Positions 1 through 8,819 of a DNA stretch of 64,000 nucleotides are shown here, piece by piece. The DNA is taken from positions 7,524-71,523 of the forward strand of contig JAJYFT010000004.1 in the NCBI GenBank assembly GCA_021790815.1, written 5' to 3'. Position 1 is the first letter of the stretch. The number at the start of each line of letters is the position of its first letter. The stretch is from Actinomycetes bacterium (GTDB lineage: Bacteria; Actinomycetota; Acidimicrobiia; Acidimicrobiales; JABEUL01). Below the pieces are notes generated by a model. The model saw only the letters and a list, made by a program, of their open reading frames with translations, had not been told where the DNA came from and made no database searches. The position numbers and the translations under genes are program-made.

Positions 1-1203
1 GCGGCACTTCATTCTGCTATTGCAACTGAAAATCGATCTGTGCTTAAAGTATGGACTATGACATTAGTGCTCTCAACTTTTGTGCTTACAATTCTTGGAA
101 CTTTCCTAACAAGATCCGGAATTATAGAAAGTGTCCACGCATTCGCATACTCAGGTGCCGTTGGCCCGCTGTTAGCAATTTTTCTAGGGGTAGTAACTCT
201 TCTATCGCTCACCTTAATAGCATTTAAAGCAAGCTCAATTCCTGTTACTGAAAGAATTTCGCCATCATTAAACAAATCTGCTGCTTTTGTCCTAAACAAC
301 ATCTTATTTTTGCTTTTTGCGCTCGTCGTTTTAGTCGGAACTATAGACCCCATCATTGCAAGTGCATTAGGTCAAAGTGAAAGTGTAGGTGCCCCATTTT
401 ATAACACTTTAAGCGCTCCTATAGGATTGGTCATTCTTGTTCTTATGGGAATTGCACCGTTACTTTCATTTAGACCGATTACCTTTGATTCATTGCTTCG
501 AAAACTACTTCCGTATGCTGCAATCTCTCTAATTTCAATCGCCATGTTGGTGGTTCTTCACGTGAGAGATACTGTTACACTAATTGCTTACTTCTTCGGA
601 ATCCTAAGCTTTGCCGTTGCTGGTAAATCGATCATGGATAACATGTTAAAGCTAAAAAAACAACATCGAAATCCATTGCTTGGTTTAATATCTCGAAGTG
701 GGGGTGGAATGATAGCTCACCTAGGTTTAATTATGCTAGCTCTAGGTATTGTTACCGCACTTAGCTACGGCCAGAGAGGTGAAGTTAATCTGAGCCCAGG
801 TCAATATTCAACATTTGACGGCATCAAAATCACTTACTTAAAAAGCACAACCTTCAACGTGCAAAATGCCACTATTACGCAAGCGGAAGTCCTAGTTAAT
901 GGGAAAGGACCATACAATCCAAAAATTACTGTGTTCGACAATGCAAATGAAGGAATTGGCTCACCAGCAATTGACTCTAACTTATTTCAAGATATCTACT
1001 TAACCGTTGCTGAACTCCCCCAAGGTTCGACGCAGCAATCAATTGTCATTGGAGTAATTATTCAGCCGCTAGTAGAATTTATTTGGATTGGAGGATTTAT
1101 TATGTTTCTCGGTGGTTTAGCTGCGATATTGCCAAAAAAACGTAGCAAAACTACAGTTAGTCAATTAGCCGAAGCTGCAAAACTCGAGAAAGCAATTCAT
1201 TGA
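1..1203 (+). CDS. ccmF: Cytochrome c-type biogenesis heme lyase CcmF, 5'-truncated by the window
   Basis: The frame is open from base 1 (AALHSAIATENRSVLKVW). It carries the CcmF signature GTFLTRSG..SVHAF, many TM helices and a C-terminal PLVEFIWIGG motif. Confidence 0.92.
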   Translation, partial: AALHSAIATENRSVLKVWTMTLVLSTFVLTILGTFLTRSGIIESVHAFAYSGAVGPLLAIFLGVVTLLSLTLIAFKASSIPVTERISPSLNKSAAFVLNNILFLLFALVVLVGTIDPIIASALGQSESVGAPFYNTLSAPIGLVILVLMGIAPLLSFRPITFDSLLRKLLPYAAISLISIAMLVVLHVRDTVTLIAYFFGILSFAVAGKSIMDNMLKLKKQHRNPLLGLISRSGGGMIAHLGLIMLALGIVTALSYGQRGEVNLSPGQYSTFDGIKITYLKSTTFNVQNATITQAEVLVNGKGPYNPKITVFDNANEGIGSPAIDSNLFQDIYLTVAELPQGSTQQSIVIGVIIQPLVEFIWIGGFIMFLGGLAAILPKKRSKTTVSQLAEAAKLEKAIH

Positions 1204-1760
1204 CTACGCCTAGCGGAAAGAGAAGGCGAGGCATCGTTCTGTTGAGCTTAACTGTATTGGTCATTGCAATTTCTTTGATTGCAATACTTGCATCGCGTCC
1301 GCAAATAAATAACGTAACTGTTTCTTCACCTCTCTTAGGAAATCAAGCACCAAACATAAGTGGACTATCTCTATTTTCAAATAAATCGATTTCTCTAAAT
1401 AGTTTTAAAGGAAAGTATGTAGTGATTAACTTTTTCGCATCTTGGTGCTCGCCGTGTCATGTTGAAGAACCGGAGTTAGTTGCATTTAACTTCGAGCACT
1501 ACTCCCAAAAAAATGTCGCAATGTTAGGCATTACATTTGATGACACAGCTTCAAATGCAACTGGTTTCTTAAGATCAAATGGGGCTACTTGGCCTGCCAT
1601 TGAAGACCGATCAGGTTCTATAGCAATCTCCTACGGCGTAAGCGAACCTCCAGAGACTTTTTTGATATCACCTGAGGGAATAGTGCTCGCAAAATTAATA
1701 GGTCCAGTAACTCAAAAAGGACTGGACTCTTTAATTTCTAAATCTGCAAGCAAAAACTAA
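1200..1760 (+). CDS. ccmG: Membrane-anchored TlpA/CcmG-type thiol-disulfide oxidoreductase
   Basis: N-terminal TM helix, NFFASWCSPC active site and PETF cis-Pro motif. Lies between ccmF and ccmH. Confidence 0.85.
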   Translation: MTTPSGKRRRGIVLLSLTVLVIAISLIAILASRPQINNVTVSSPLLGNQAPNISGLSLFSNKSISLNSFKGKYVVINFFASWCSPCHVEEPELVAFNFEHYSQKNVAMLGITFDDTASNATGFLRSNGATWPAIEDRSGSIAISYGVSEPPETFLISPEGIVLAKLIGPVTQKGLDSLISKSASKN

Positions 1761-1761
1761 G

Positions 1762-2820
1762 ATGAACTCAAGTTTAGATGCCCACTTAACGGAGAATGTC
1801 AACGAAGACAGTACTGATGCTCCACTCCCTGAAGACTCAACAAAAAGTAAGCGTGCAATATATATTGGCTGGTTGGTCATAATATTCTTTCTAGTCGGTG
1901 TCGTTGGCTATGCTACATTAAACCAACCTGCCCCAACTTCGGCACAAAAGGCTCATTCGCTAGAAACACAGATTAAATGTCCGTCCTGTGAAGGTCTGTC
2001 GGTTGCGGATTCGACTTCCCCAATTGCAATCAACATAAGAGCCCTAGTCTTGAAAATGATAAAGGAAAACAAGTCAAACTCTCAGATAATGCTGTATTTA
2101 GAGTCCAAATATGGACCTTCGATTTCCTTGAGTCCAACTGGAAGCACTGTAGCATCGTTCACTTGGTATATTCCAATATTCTCAGTAGTTGCCGCATTCT
2201 TACTTATAATTTCTGTCGCCTTTTGGAGGTCATCCTTAAAGTTAAAAATGCGCGTCAAATGGTTAAAGCACAGAAAACGATTAGAAAGAAGTTCAAGGTT
2301 AAGAATCAAAATTATCGGCTTGACTTTTATAGGCATCGGACTGTTGTATTTTATTTTAAGTTTTGTGGGCGTAAAGTTACCTTTTAATGACGTAGGGAAA
2401 AGTACGGTTTCAACTGAGCAAATGATTAGTAACGCACGTACCCTGGCTAACCTTGGGCAAGAACAAGCTGCGCTTGTCATATACACCCAAATAATTCAGG
2501 ACGACCCACAAAATGCAACTGCATACGCCGAACGTGGATGGCTAATTACGCAAGCTGGTGCCCAAGCACATGATGAAAAGGTAATAAATGAAGGGGTAGA
2601 TGACTTAAATAAGGCAATTTTAATTGACCCGCAATTAAGTGAAGCTCACCTATTTCTTGGAACAGTTATTTACCAAGACAACCACAAACCTTCTGCAGCA
2701 ATAAAGGAGTACTCTATTTTTCTCAAATACAACACGAATGAAGATCTCCTAAACGCATCTAAGAACGAAATCTTAAGCTGTTACAAAGCGGCCGGAATAA
2801 CTCCTCCACATATTCCTTAA
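1762..2820 (+). CDS. ccmH: CcmH-type protein fused to a TPR (CcmI/CycH-like) domain
   Basis: IKCPSCEGLSVADS (equivalent to LRCxxC) and YLESKYG motifs, TM segments, then C-terminal TPR-like helices (PQNATAYAERGWL, PQLSEAHLFLG). Confidence 0.82.
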   Translation: MNSSLDAHLTENVNEDSTDAPLPEDSTKSKRAIYIGWLVIIFFLVGVVGYATLNQPAPTSAQKAHSLETQIKCPSCEGLSVADSTSPIAINIRALVLKMIKENKSNSQIMLYLESKYGPSISLSPTGSTVASFTWYIPIFSVVAAFLLIISVAFWRSSLKLKMRVKWLKHRKRLERSSRLRIKIIGLTFIGIGLLYFILSFVGVKLPFNDVGKSTVSTEQMISNARTLANLGQEQAALVIYTQIIQDDPQNATAYAERGWLITQAGAQAHDEKVINEGVDDLNKAILIDPQLSEAHLFLGTVIYQDNHKPSAAIKEYSIFLKYNTNEDLLNASKNEILSCYKAAGITPPHIP

Positions 2821-3623
2821 ATTCTTTTTGAAACAACTCCTGCGATTGCACGGAGAACTGAAGAAGGAAGAACCTGACTCACCGCAACTACAGCCTTGTT
2901 GTGGATTCCCGGAATTACTAAGCTTTGATTCTTGCTTAAACCAATTAAACCTTCCATTGCAACAACATCTGGACTTTGCCACATGAATGGGGGGATCGCG
3001 TCGGAATTAACATCTGCTCGTTCTTGAAACTCTGTTTTAGTGAAGCCTGGACACAGACATGTCAAACTTATATTAGTACCTTTAAGTTCGACTTTAAGCC
3101 CTTCTGAAAACCTCGTTACAAATGCCTTTGTCGCGGCATACACATTACTCGATGGCGCTGGAAGAAATCCTGCAATTGACGAGACATTCAAAATTTTCCC
3201 GCCTCCTCTATTGCTCATATCTTGAACTGCAGCGTGCGTAATCCTAACTAAGGCTTTCACATTTAGCTCTATCTGCCCCATTGAACTCTCGATGGGCAGA
3301 GTCGCAAAATTCCCCTGCACCCCGTAACCAGCATTATTAATAACAACATCTATGCGACTATCTTTACTTCTAAGTCGTTCAATTGTATCGTTTATTCCAT
3401 CATCGGTTTCAAGGTCTTTTGACATAACCTCACAACTAATGTCATACGTACTTTCTAACGTCTTTTTAACATCAGCTAATCTCTTTTTATCCCTTGCAAC
3501 AATTACAAGGTTGTATTTGCCTAGCGGGCTCGAACCGTTAGCGAGTATTTCAGCAAAACTCCTTCCAATCCCACTCGATGCCCCAGTTACAAGTGCTGTG
3601 CCAACAATTTGTGAATTAGTCAT
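2817..3623 (-). CDS. Short-chain dehydrogenase/reductase
   Basis: TGASSGIG, NNAG and YAATK motifs. Confidence 0.93.
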   Translation of the reverse strand: MTNSQIVGTALVTGASSGIGRSFAEILANGSSPLGKYNLVIVARDKKRLADVKKTLESTYDISCEVMSKDLETDDGINDTIERLRSKDSRIDVVINNAGYGVQGNFATLPIESSMGQIELNVKALVRITHAAVQDMSNRGGGKILNVSSIAGFLPAPSSNVYAATKAFVTRFSEGLKVELKGTNISLTCLCPGFTKTEFQERADVNSDAIPPFMWQSPDVVAMEGLIGLSKNQSLVIPGIHNKAVVAVSQVLPSSVLRAIAGVVSKRI

Positions 3624-3664
3624 ATACTTAACCTACAGCAATTTATAATATAAAATATTGAAAA

Positions 3665-4825
3665 TTAGCTTTTCCTTAATTTCTTAAAGTCTTCAATACA
3701 GTCTAGAAATGACTCTAAAAAGTAATCAATTTCTGAGATATTTGTAGTCCATCCTACTGAAACCCTCAAACTTGAATCAGCTTTTTTACCCATAGATTCA
3801 AGAATAGGCGATGGCTCTAAAGTTTCGCTTGAGCATGAAGAACCTGAATGTACGGCAATGCCTCTTTGATCGAGCGCCAAAAGAATCGGCTCAGCCTCAA
3901 TGCCATTGACGCCTAAAGCTACTATGTGACTAGCTCTTTTGGTCAGACTGCCAAAAATTTCGACATCTTCTATCTGAGACAACTTCTCTATTAAATACGT
4001 TGTCTGATTTCGGGATCGCTCAATCTCAAAGTCGAGATTTTGAGAAAGTTCGTCTAATGCAACTCCTAGAGAGTGGATTCCGAAAAGATTTTCAATTCCA
4101 GGTCTCCTATTTCTCTCCTGACTGCCTCCTTTTAAAAGTGGCTGTAGAGTTAAGCCTTTTTTAACTATTAGAGCTCCAACCCCTTGCAACGCACCTAATT
4201 TGTGACCACTAATCGAGAGATAGGCAGGTGAAATGTCCAGTAACCCTTTGTCTACGTGGCCAACTGCACTTGATGCATCTACCATTAATGGCACATTCAG
4301 CTCAGCCAGAACGTTTATAATTCCTTCGATATCTTGAAGGGTTCCAACTTCATGATTCACAAGTTGCAAACACACCAACGCTACACCCTTTGCGGTTTTA
4401 ATTGCATCTTCTACGCTATCAATTAACTCACCCAAGTTTGCATGGCCTTCTTGATCTAAACTTATGTCAACTATTTCTTTGTTAAAAAGCTTTCCAAAAG
4501 TCTCTACATTAAGCTTTACACTTGAATGCTCCCCTTTCGAAACAATCACAGTTTTGCCGGTTGCATTTGCCAGGGCTGAAAAGATAGCTATTGCGTTACT
4601 TTCTGTTCCTGAAGACGTAAATATTATCTGACGAGACTTTACGCTAAAAAAACTAGCAACTCGCTCGCGTGCTGACTCTATTACTTCCCTGACTTCTAGA
4701 CCGCTTGAATGCACTCTGCCCGGGTCTCCAACAAGTTCTAAGTCAACGAGTCGTTTCACTTCTAATTTCACTCGTTCTCGGAGTGGAGTTGATGAAGCGT
4801 GATCTAAATATATGTTATTAATCAA
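3665..4825 (-). CDS. iscS: Cysteine desulfurase, class I (IscS/NifS type)
   Basis: YLDHASSTP, FTSSGTES, SGHK (PLP lysine) and SGSSCSS (catalytic Cys). Confidence 0.9.
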   Translation of the reverse strand: MINNIYLDHASSTPLRERVKLEVKRLVDLELVGDPGRVHSSGLEVREVIESARERVASFFSVKSRQIIFTSSGTESNAIAIFSALANATGKTVIVSKGEHSSVKLNVETFGKLFNKEIVDISLDQEGHANLGELIDSVEDAIKTAKGVALVCLQLVNHEVGTLQDIEGIINVLAELNVPLMVDASSAVGHVDKGLLDISPAYLSISGHKLGALQGVGALIVKKGLTLQPLLKGGSQERNRRPGIENLFGIHSLGVALDELSQNLDFEIERSRNQTTYLIEKLSQIEDVEIFGSLTKRASHIVALGVNGIEAEPILLALDQRGIAVHSGSSCSSETLEPSPILESMGKKADSSLRVSVGWTTNISEIDYFLESFLDCIEDFKKLRKS

Positions 4826-4895
4826 ATCAGTTATAAACCTAAATCAGAGGCGTGGATTATAAGTCACGGCTATGTTGCATAGAAACCAAGTTATG

Positions 4896-5624
4896 TTAAA
4901 CCACAGTTTGACAAATACTATCTCCACGAGCTTTCGAAGAGATCTTAACGGACACTTTCTCACCTGAAAGACCAGCTAAAAGGCCGGAAACCATCCCTCC
5001 TTCAATAGCACAAATCACAGGGTTCGACATTGCTAAATCACCAAATGGGCACGAACCTGAAATCAAATGGGTCTCACCTTCGCTCATCTCGCTATAGGCG
5101 TTGAACCCGTCGGCAGTAAGAGCATTCGCTACGGATTCAATCGCTTTCTTAATCGACTTATAAGAGCCATCTGGTAACATTTGTTCCGCTAACTGTCTAC
5201 CATGTTGAAATCCAACTTCACTAGCAAGTTTTTGGGCTACATTTCGGTCGACTACTTTAAGAAGCTTCGCCACAAGCTGTGCCAACAAATCAACTTGTCT
5301 ACCAGGCAGTTCAGACACTACGTCTCTTTTTGTAATGCTATATAATTTCGACGGTCTACCAGCTTTTTGACCCGGAAACCTAACTAAGGAAACCTCAAGA
5401 TACCCACCAGACGTAAGTTTATCGAGGTGATGCCTTGCTACATTTGGATGGATTTTGAAGTCTTGAGCAATTTCTGCGACTGTAGTATGCATTTTTTCAC
5501 GTATCATTAGATATATGTCTCTTCTTGTGCTATCTCCAAACGCAGAGGTCAAAGCTGAAACCGAAGAATTAAAGGTTTTACTTGATACCTCAATGGAATC
5601 AGAGATTGTTAGAGAATCTTCCAC
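4896..5624 (-). CDS. ArsR/SufR-like HTH transcriptional regulator with a C-terminal Cys-containing domain
   Basis: HTH (HPNVARHHLDKL...GRPSKLY) followed by CPF-x-C...C, a three-Cys pattern like that of SufR proteins. Confidence 0.8.
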   Translation of the reverse strand: MEDSLTISDSIEVSSKTFNSSVSALTSAFGDSTRRDIYLMIREKMHTTVAEIAQDFKIHPNVARHHLDKLTSGGYLEVSLVRFPGQKAGRPSKLYSITKRDVVSELPGRQVDLLAQLVAKLLKVVDRNVAQKLASEVGFQHGRQLAEQMLPDGSYKSIKKAIESVANALTADGFNAYSEMSEGETHLISGSCPFGDLAMSNPVICAIEGGMVSGLLAGLSGEKVSVKISSKARGDSICQTVV

Positions 5625-5645
5625 ATTTATATTTTACATTTAATT
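5625..5645. promoter_or_regulatory. Overlapping divergent -10 elements serving two apparently leaderless genes
   Basis: In a 21-bp gap, TAAAAT on the minus strand (5631-5636) lies 6 nt from GTG 5624, and TACATT on the plus strand (5635-5640) lies 5 nt from ATG 5646. No SD is visible. Confidence 0.6.
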
Positions 5646-6791
5646 ATGAACGACAACTCACATTATGAAAATTCACAATCAAGTTTAGAGCGGGAGCTGA
5701 GGTCAACTATTGACTTAGTCCTAGATCCAACAGTAGGGACTTCAATAGTCGACCTTAAAATGGTCTCTAGCATCAACCTGTCGATGAAAGTTGCTGATGT
5801 AGAACTTTTGAGCCCTGTTGACCCAAAACTTTACCCTCAAAAGGACGAACTTTTTAGACGAATAACTGGAGAGCTAATAAAATCTGGCTTGGCAAATGAA
5901 GTAAATATTACAATGACGCAGATGGACATCGCTCTTGAAGAAGAGTACGCATCAATTATTAGAAAGCTTTCTAATCAAGATGACCAAGACAGTAAATCTC
6001 AATTCTCAAGCACAAGAATAATTGCTATCTCATCTGGGAAAGGAGGAGTAGGAAAGTCTTCAGTATCCGTAAATTTGGCAGTTGCTTTAAGCATACTAGG
6101 AGAAAAAGTTGCCCTCTTGGATGCCGACATTTATGGTTTTTCAATCCACAGTATGCTAGGAAGAGACGCCGAACCAATGATCATTGGTTCGTTAGTTGTT
6201 CCACCAAGAGCTTACAATGTTAGTTTTATTTCAACTGGATTATTCGCACGTGACGACCAGCCTCTCATCTGGAGAGGGCCAATGTTACATAAAGCATTAG
6301 AGCAGTATATTAATCAAGTTGCTTGGTTGAATCCAAAGTTCTTGGTAGTAGATATGCCACCTGGAACTGGGGATGTAGCTATGTCAGTAGCTCAACTCAT
6401 ACCTGAAGCAGAATTTTATGTCGTTACTACCCCTCAAAATGCTTCAGAGCGTGTCGCACAGCGGTCAGCATTAGCAGCAAAAGAGCTCAAGCTCTCGATG
6501 AGAGGAGTTATTGAGAATATGTCATACTTCGTTGGTGATGACGGGAAGCGGTACGAACTATTTGGAAGCGGAGGCGGCGAACAACTTGCCAAATCATTGG
6601 GTGTAAATTTGCTTTGTCAGATTCCTCTTGCTATGCCTGTTCGGGAGGGAGGCGATGACGGTGAACCTGTTGTAGTAAGAGATCCTGAGTCAGATGCAGC
6701 AAAAGCTTTTTTTGAATTGGCAAAAGCAATTAAAGATATTGGACCGGTAAGAATTAGAAGATCTGAGCTCAAAGTTAGCATCAAAAAATAA
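5646..6791 (+). CDS. mrp: Mrp/NBP35 (ApbC) family P-loop ATPase
   Basis: SGKGGVGKS, DADIYG, WRGPM, DMPPGTGD and ENMS motifs, with an N-terminal DUF59-like region. Confidence 0.92.
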   Translation: MNDNSHYENSQSSLERELRSTIDLVLDPTVGTSIVDLKMVSSINLSMKVADVELLSPVDPKLYPQKDELFRRITGELIKSGLANEVNITMTQMDIALEEEYASIIRKLSNQDDQDSKSQFSSTRIIAISSGKGGVGKSSVSVNLAVALSILGEKVALLDADIYGFSIHSMLGRDAEPMIIGSLVVPPRAYNVSFISTGLFARDDQPLIWRGPMLHKALEQYINQVAWLNPKFLVVDMPPGTGDVAMSVAQLIPEAEFYVVTTPQNASERVAQRSALAAKELKLSMRGVIENMSYFVGDDGKRYELFGSGGGEQLAKSLGVNLLCQIPLAMPVREGGDDGEPVVVRDPESDAAKAFFELAKAIKDIGPVRIRRSELKVSIKK

Positions 6792-6859
6792 TTAAGTAAC
6801 TTGTGATCTTCCGAATAAAATAAAATGCAATAGAATCTAAGTAGCAAGTTTTTAAAATA

Positions 6860-8392
6860 ATGACGAATCAAAATCCATCACATAAACCTAACAAGTCAGA
6901 TCCAAATCAGAACATACCTTCAGATTTTATAGGCCCCGATCAAAACAACATGGGGTCAAGTCAAGACTTCCCACAAATGTCAAACAATCCAATAAATAAT
7001 GTGCCTTTCTATAGTCCTCAACATTACCAAACTCAATTTGATCAACCTTCCCCAAACCCCCAAAATCCCGATGTCCAGGGCCCATATGGTCAGTTTCCCT
7101 ACAGCCAGCAACCCTATAACCAGTTTCCGTATGCCCCGCAACACTTTGGCCAGATGCCCTATAACCAGCTTCCGTATGCCCCGCAACACTTTGGCCAGAT
7201 GCCTTATGGTCAGTTTCCCTATGTCCAGGGCCCATATGGTCAGTATCCCTATCCAAAAACCAACGTTGAGTGGAAGCCATCAAATACCAAAGGGTGGCTC
7301 ATTATCGCAGTAATTGCAGCAGTTTTAGGTGCCTCAATTGGTTCAATAATTGCAAAAAACATCGTGGCGTCAAATCAGCAGACAATCGTAAAAGAGTACT
7401 TTCCATCCAACCCATCAAATGCGAAACCAACTACCATTCAAGAAATACTTTCGAAAGTCCTGCCTTCAGTGGTTGCAATACAAGCATCTTCTGCCGGAAT
7501 TCAAGACGCTGGGACGGGAATGATCATTACTAGCAACGGAGAGGTTCTAACTAACAACCACGTTGTTTCAGGAGCAACAACAGTAACTGTGAGCCTATAT
7601 GGACAAACTGCTGAACTACCGGCAAAAGTTTTGGGCACTATTCCAAATAAAGATTTAGCACTTATACAAATCGAGAATAAAAATAACCTACCTACTGTCA
7701 CATTAGGAAGCTCTACATCGCTTCAACAAGGAGATAGTGTCGTCGCGATTGGAAATGCGCTGGACCTTTTGGGTGGCCCGAGCGTTACTTCTGGTATTGT
7801 TTCAGGTCTAAACAGACAAATGACAGCCGCACTTGACAATTCAAATAAAACGGAAACTTTAACAGGATTGATTCAAACTGATGCACCAATTAACCCAGGT
7901 AATTCAGGTGGTCCGTTAGTGGTATCTAATGGAGATGTGGTGGGCATCAATACTGCCTCAGCTAGCACTTCTGGAAGTAATGCCCCCGCTCAAAATGTTG
8001 GGTTTGCAATTGCAATAGATTCAGTAAAACCACTTCTTGGGAATCTTAGAAGTGGTGGGTCAGGAGGGACATCATTACCACCGTCAAGTACTTCAAAACC
8101 ATTTCTAGGGGTAGAAGTTGAAACATTGACACCTTCTCTTGCCAAGGCTATTGGAACCTCAGCAACTTACGGAGACTTGATTGTAAGCATAGTTCCTGGA
8201 ACTCCCGCAGCATACTCTGGTTTAGAGGTAAATGACGTAATTATAGCTATAAATACGACAAAAATTACAAATCAGAATGACCTTAGAAATGCTATTCTTA
8301 CCCATAAGCCCGGTGACACTATAGACACGGTAGTCATTAGAGGAAGCACTGAAGTCAATATAGTTCTAACGCTTTCTAGCACACCTGGATAA
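6860..8392 (+). CDS. htrA: HtrA/DegP-family membrane serine protease with PDZ domain
   Basis: Intact triad (TNNHV, DLALI, INPGNSGGPL), a single TM helix, a C-terminal PDZ domain and a low-complexity N-terminus. Confidence 0.93.
   Translation: MTNQNPSHKPNKSDPNQNIPSDFIGPDQNNMGSSQDFPQMSNNPINNVPFYSPQHYQTQFDQPSPNPQNPDVQGPYGQFPYSQQPYNQFPYAPQHFGQMPYNQLPYAPQHFGQMPYGQFPYVQGPYGQYPYPKTNVEWKPSNTKGWLIIAVIAAVLGASIGSIIAKNIVASNQQTIVKEYFPSNPSNAKPTTIQEILSKVLPSVVAIQASSAGIQDAGTGMIITSNGEVLTNNHVVSGATTVTVSLYGQTAELPAKVLGTIPNKDLALIQIENKNNLPTVTLGSSTSLQQGDSVVAIGNALDLLGGPSVTSGIVSGLNRQMTAALDNSNKTETLTGLIQTDAPINPGNSGGPLVVSNGDVVGINTASASTSGSNAPAQNVGFAIAIDSVKPLLGNLRSGGSGGTSLPPSSTSKPFLGVEVETLTPSLAKAIGTSATYGDLIVSIVPGTPAAYSGLEVNDVIIAINTTKITNQNDLRNAILTHKPGDTIDTVVIRGSTEVNIVLTLSSTPG
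7071..7254 (+). repeat. Intragenic tandem repeat (15-bp/pentapeptide period) encoding a Q/P/Y/G-rich tract
   Basis: A 45-bp unit occurs at 7112-7156 and 7157-7201 with 1 mismatch. The 24-mer atgtccagggcccatatggtcagt occurs at both 7071 and 7221. Confidence 0.9.
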
Positions 8393-8447
8393 TTAGGCAT
8401 TCAAAAAGAACTAGTCTCTAAATAGGAAATAAAATTTAGGAGAATAA

Positions 8448-8726
8448 GTGGAATCGATAGAAAGAGAAAATGAACCACCCCAGGGGCATATCAGGATTGT
8501 ATATTTAGGTCCAGTTGCACCTCATTGGGATGTAGAGAGTGAATTTGGAGACAAAGACGTTATTGAAGAATTTCAATTGCGCGCTCTTGCAAGGCTTTTG
8601 TTCCTACCACCACACGACCCGCAGTTCAAAAGGAACCGCGAACGCGTCATAAGGGATGCTGAAAGAGAAAACCTGATACTAGAGTGGGATCTAGGAATTC
8701 CTGAAGAATCTACACAAGAAAAATAG
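8448..8726 (+). CDS. Small hypothetical protein
   Basis: AGGAG SD before the GTG start, globular-looking 92 aa, fills the gap between genes. Confidence 0.75.
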   Translation: MESIERENEPPQGHIRIVYLGPVAPHWDVESEFGDKDVIEEFQLRALARLLFLPPHDPQFKRNRERVIRDAERENLILEWDLGIPEESTQEK

Positions 8727-8819
8727 TGTTTACAACTTATAACTCATTAATTTGAACCGTTGCTAAATTAAATACTTTTTCCTTTTAATTTGATCTATTC
8801 GTGGTAGTTAGTGCGCCAC

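Noticed and set aside
7071-7254. CRISPR-like array
   Set aside because: The repeats are tandem, in frame inside htrA, without unique spacers, and no cas genes are present.
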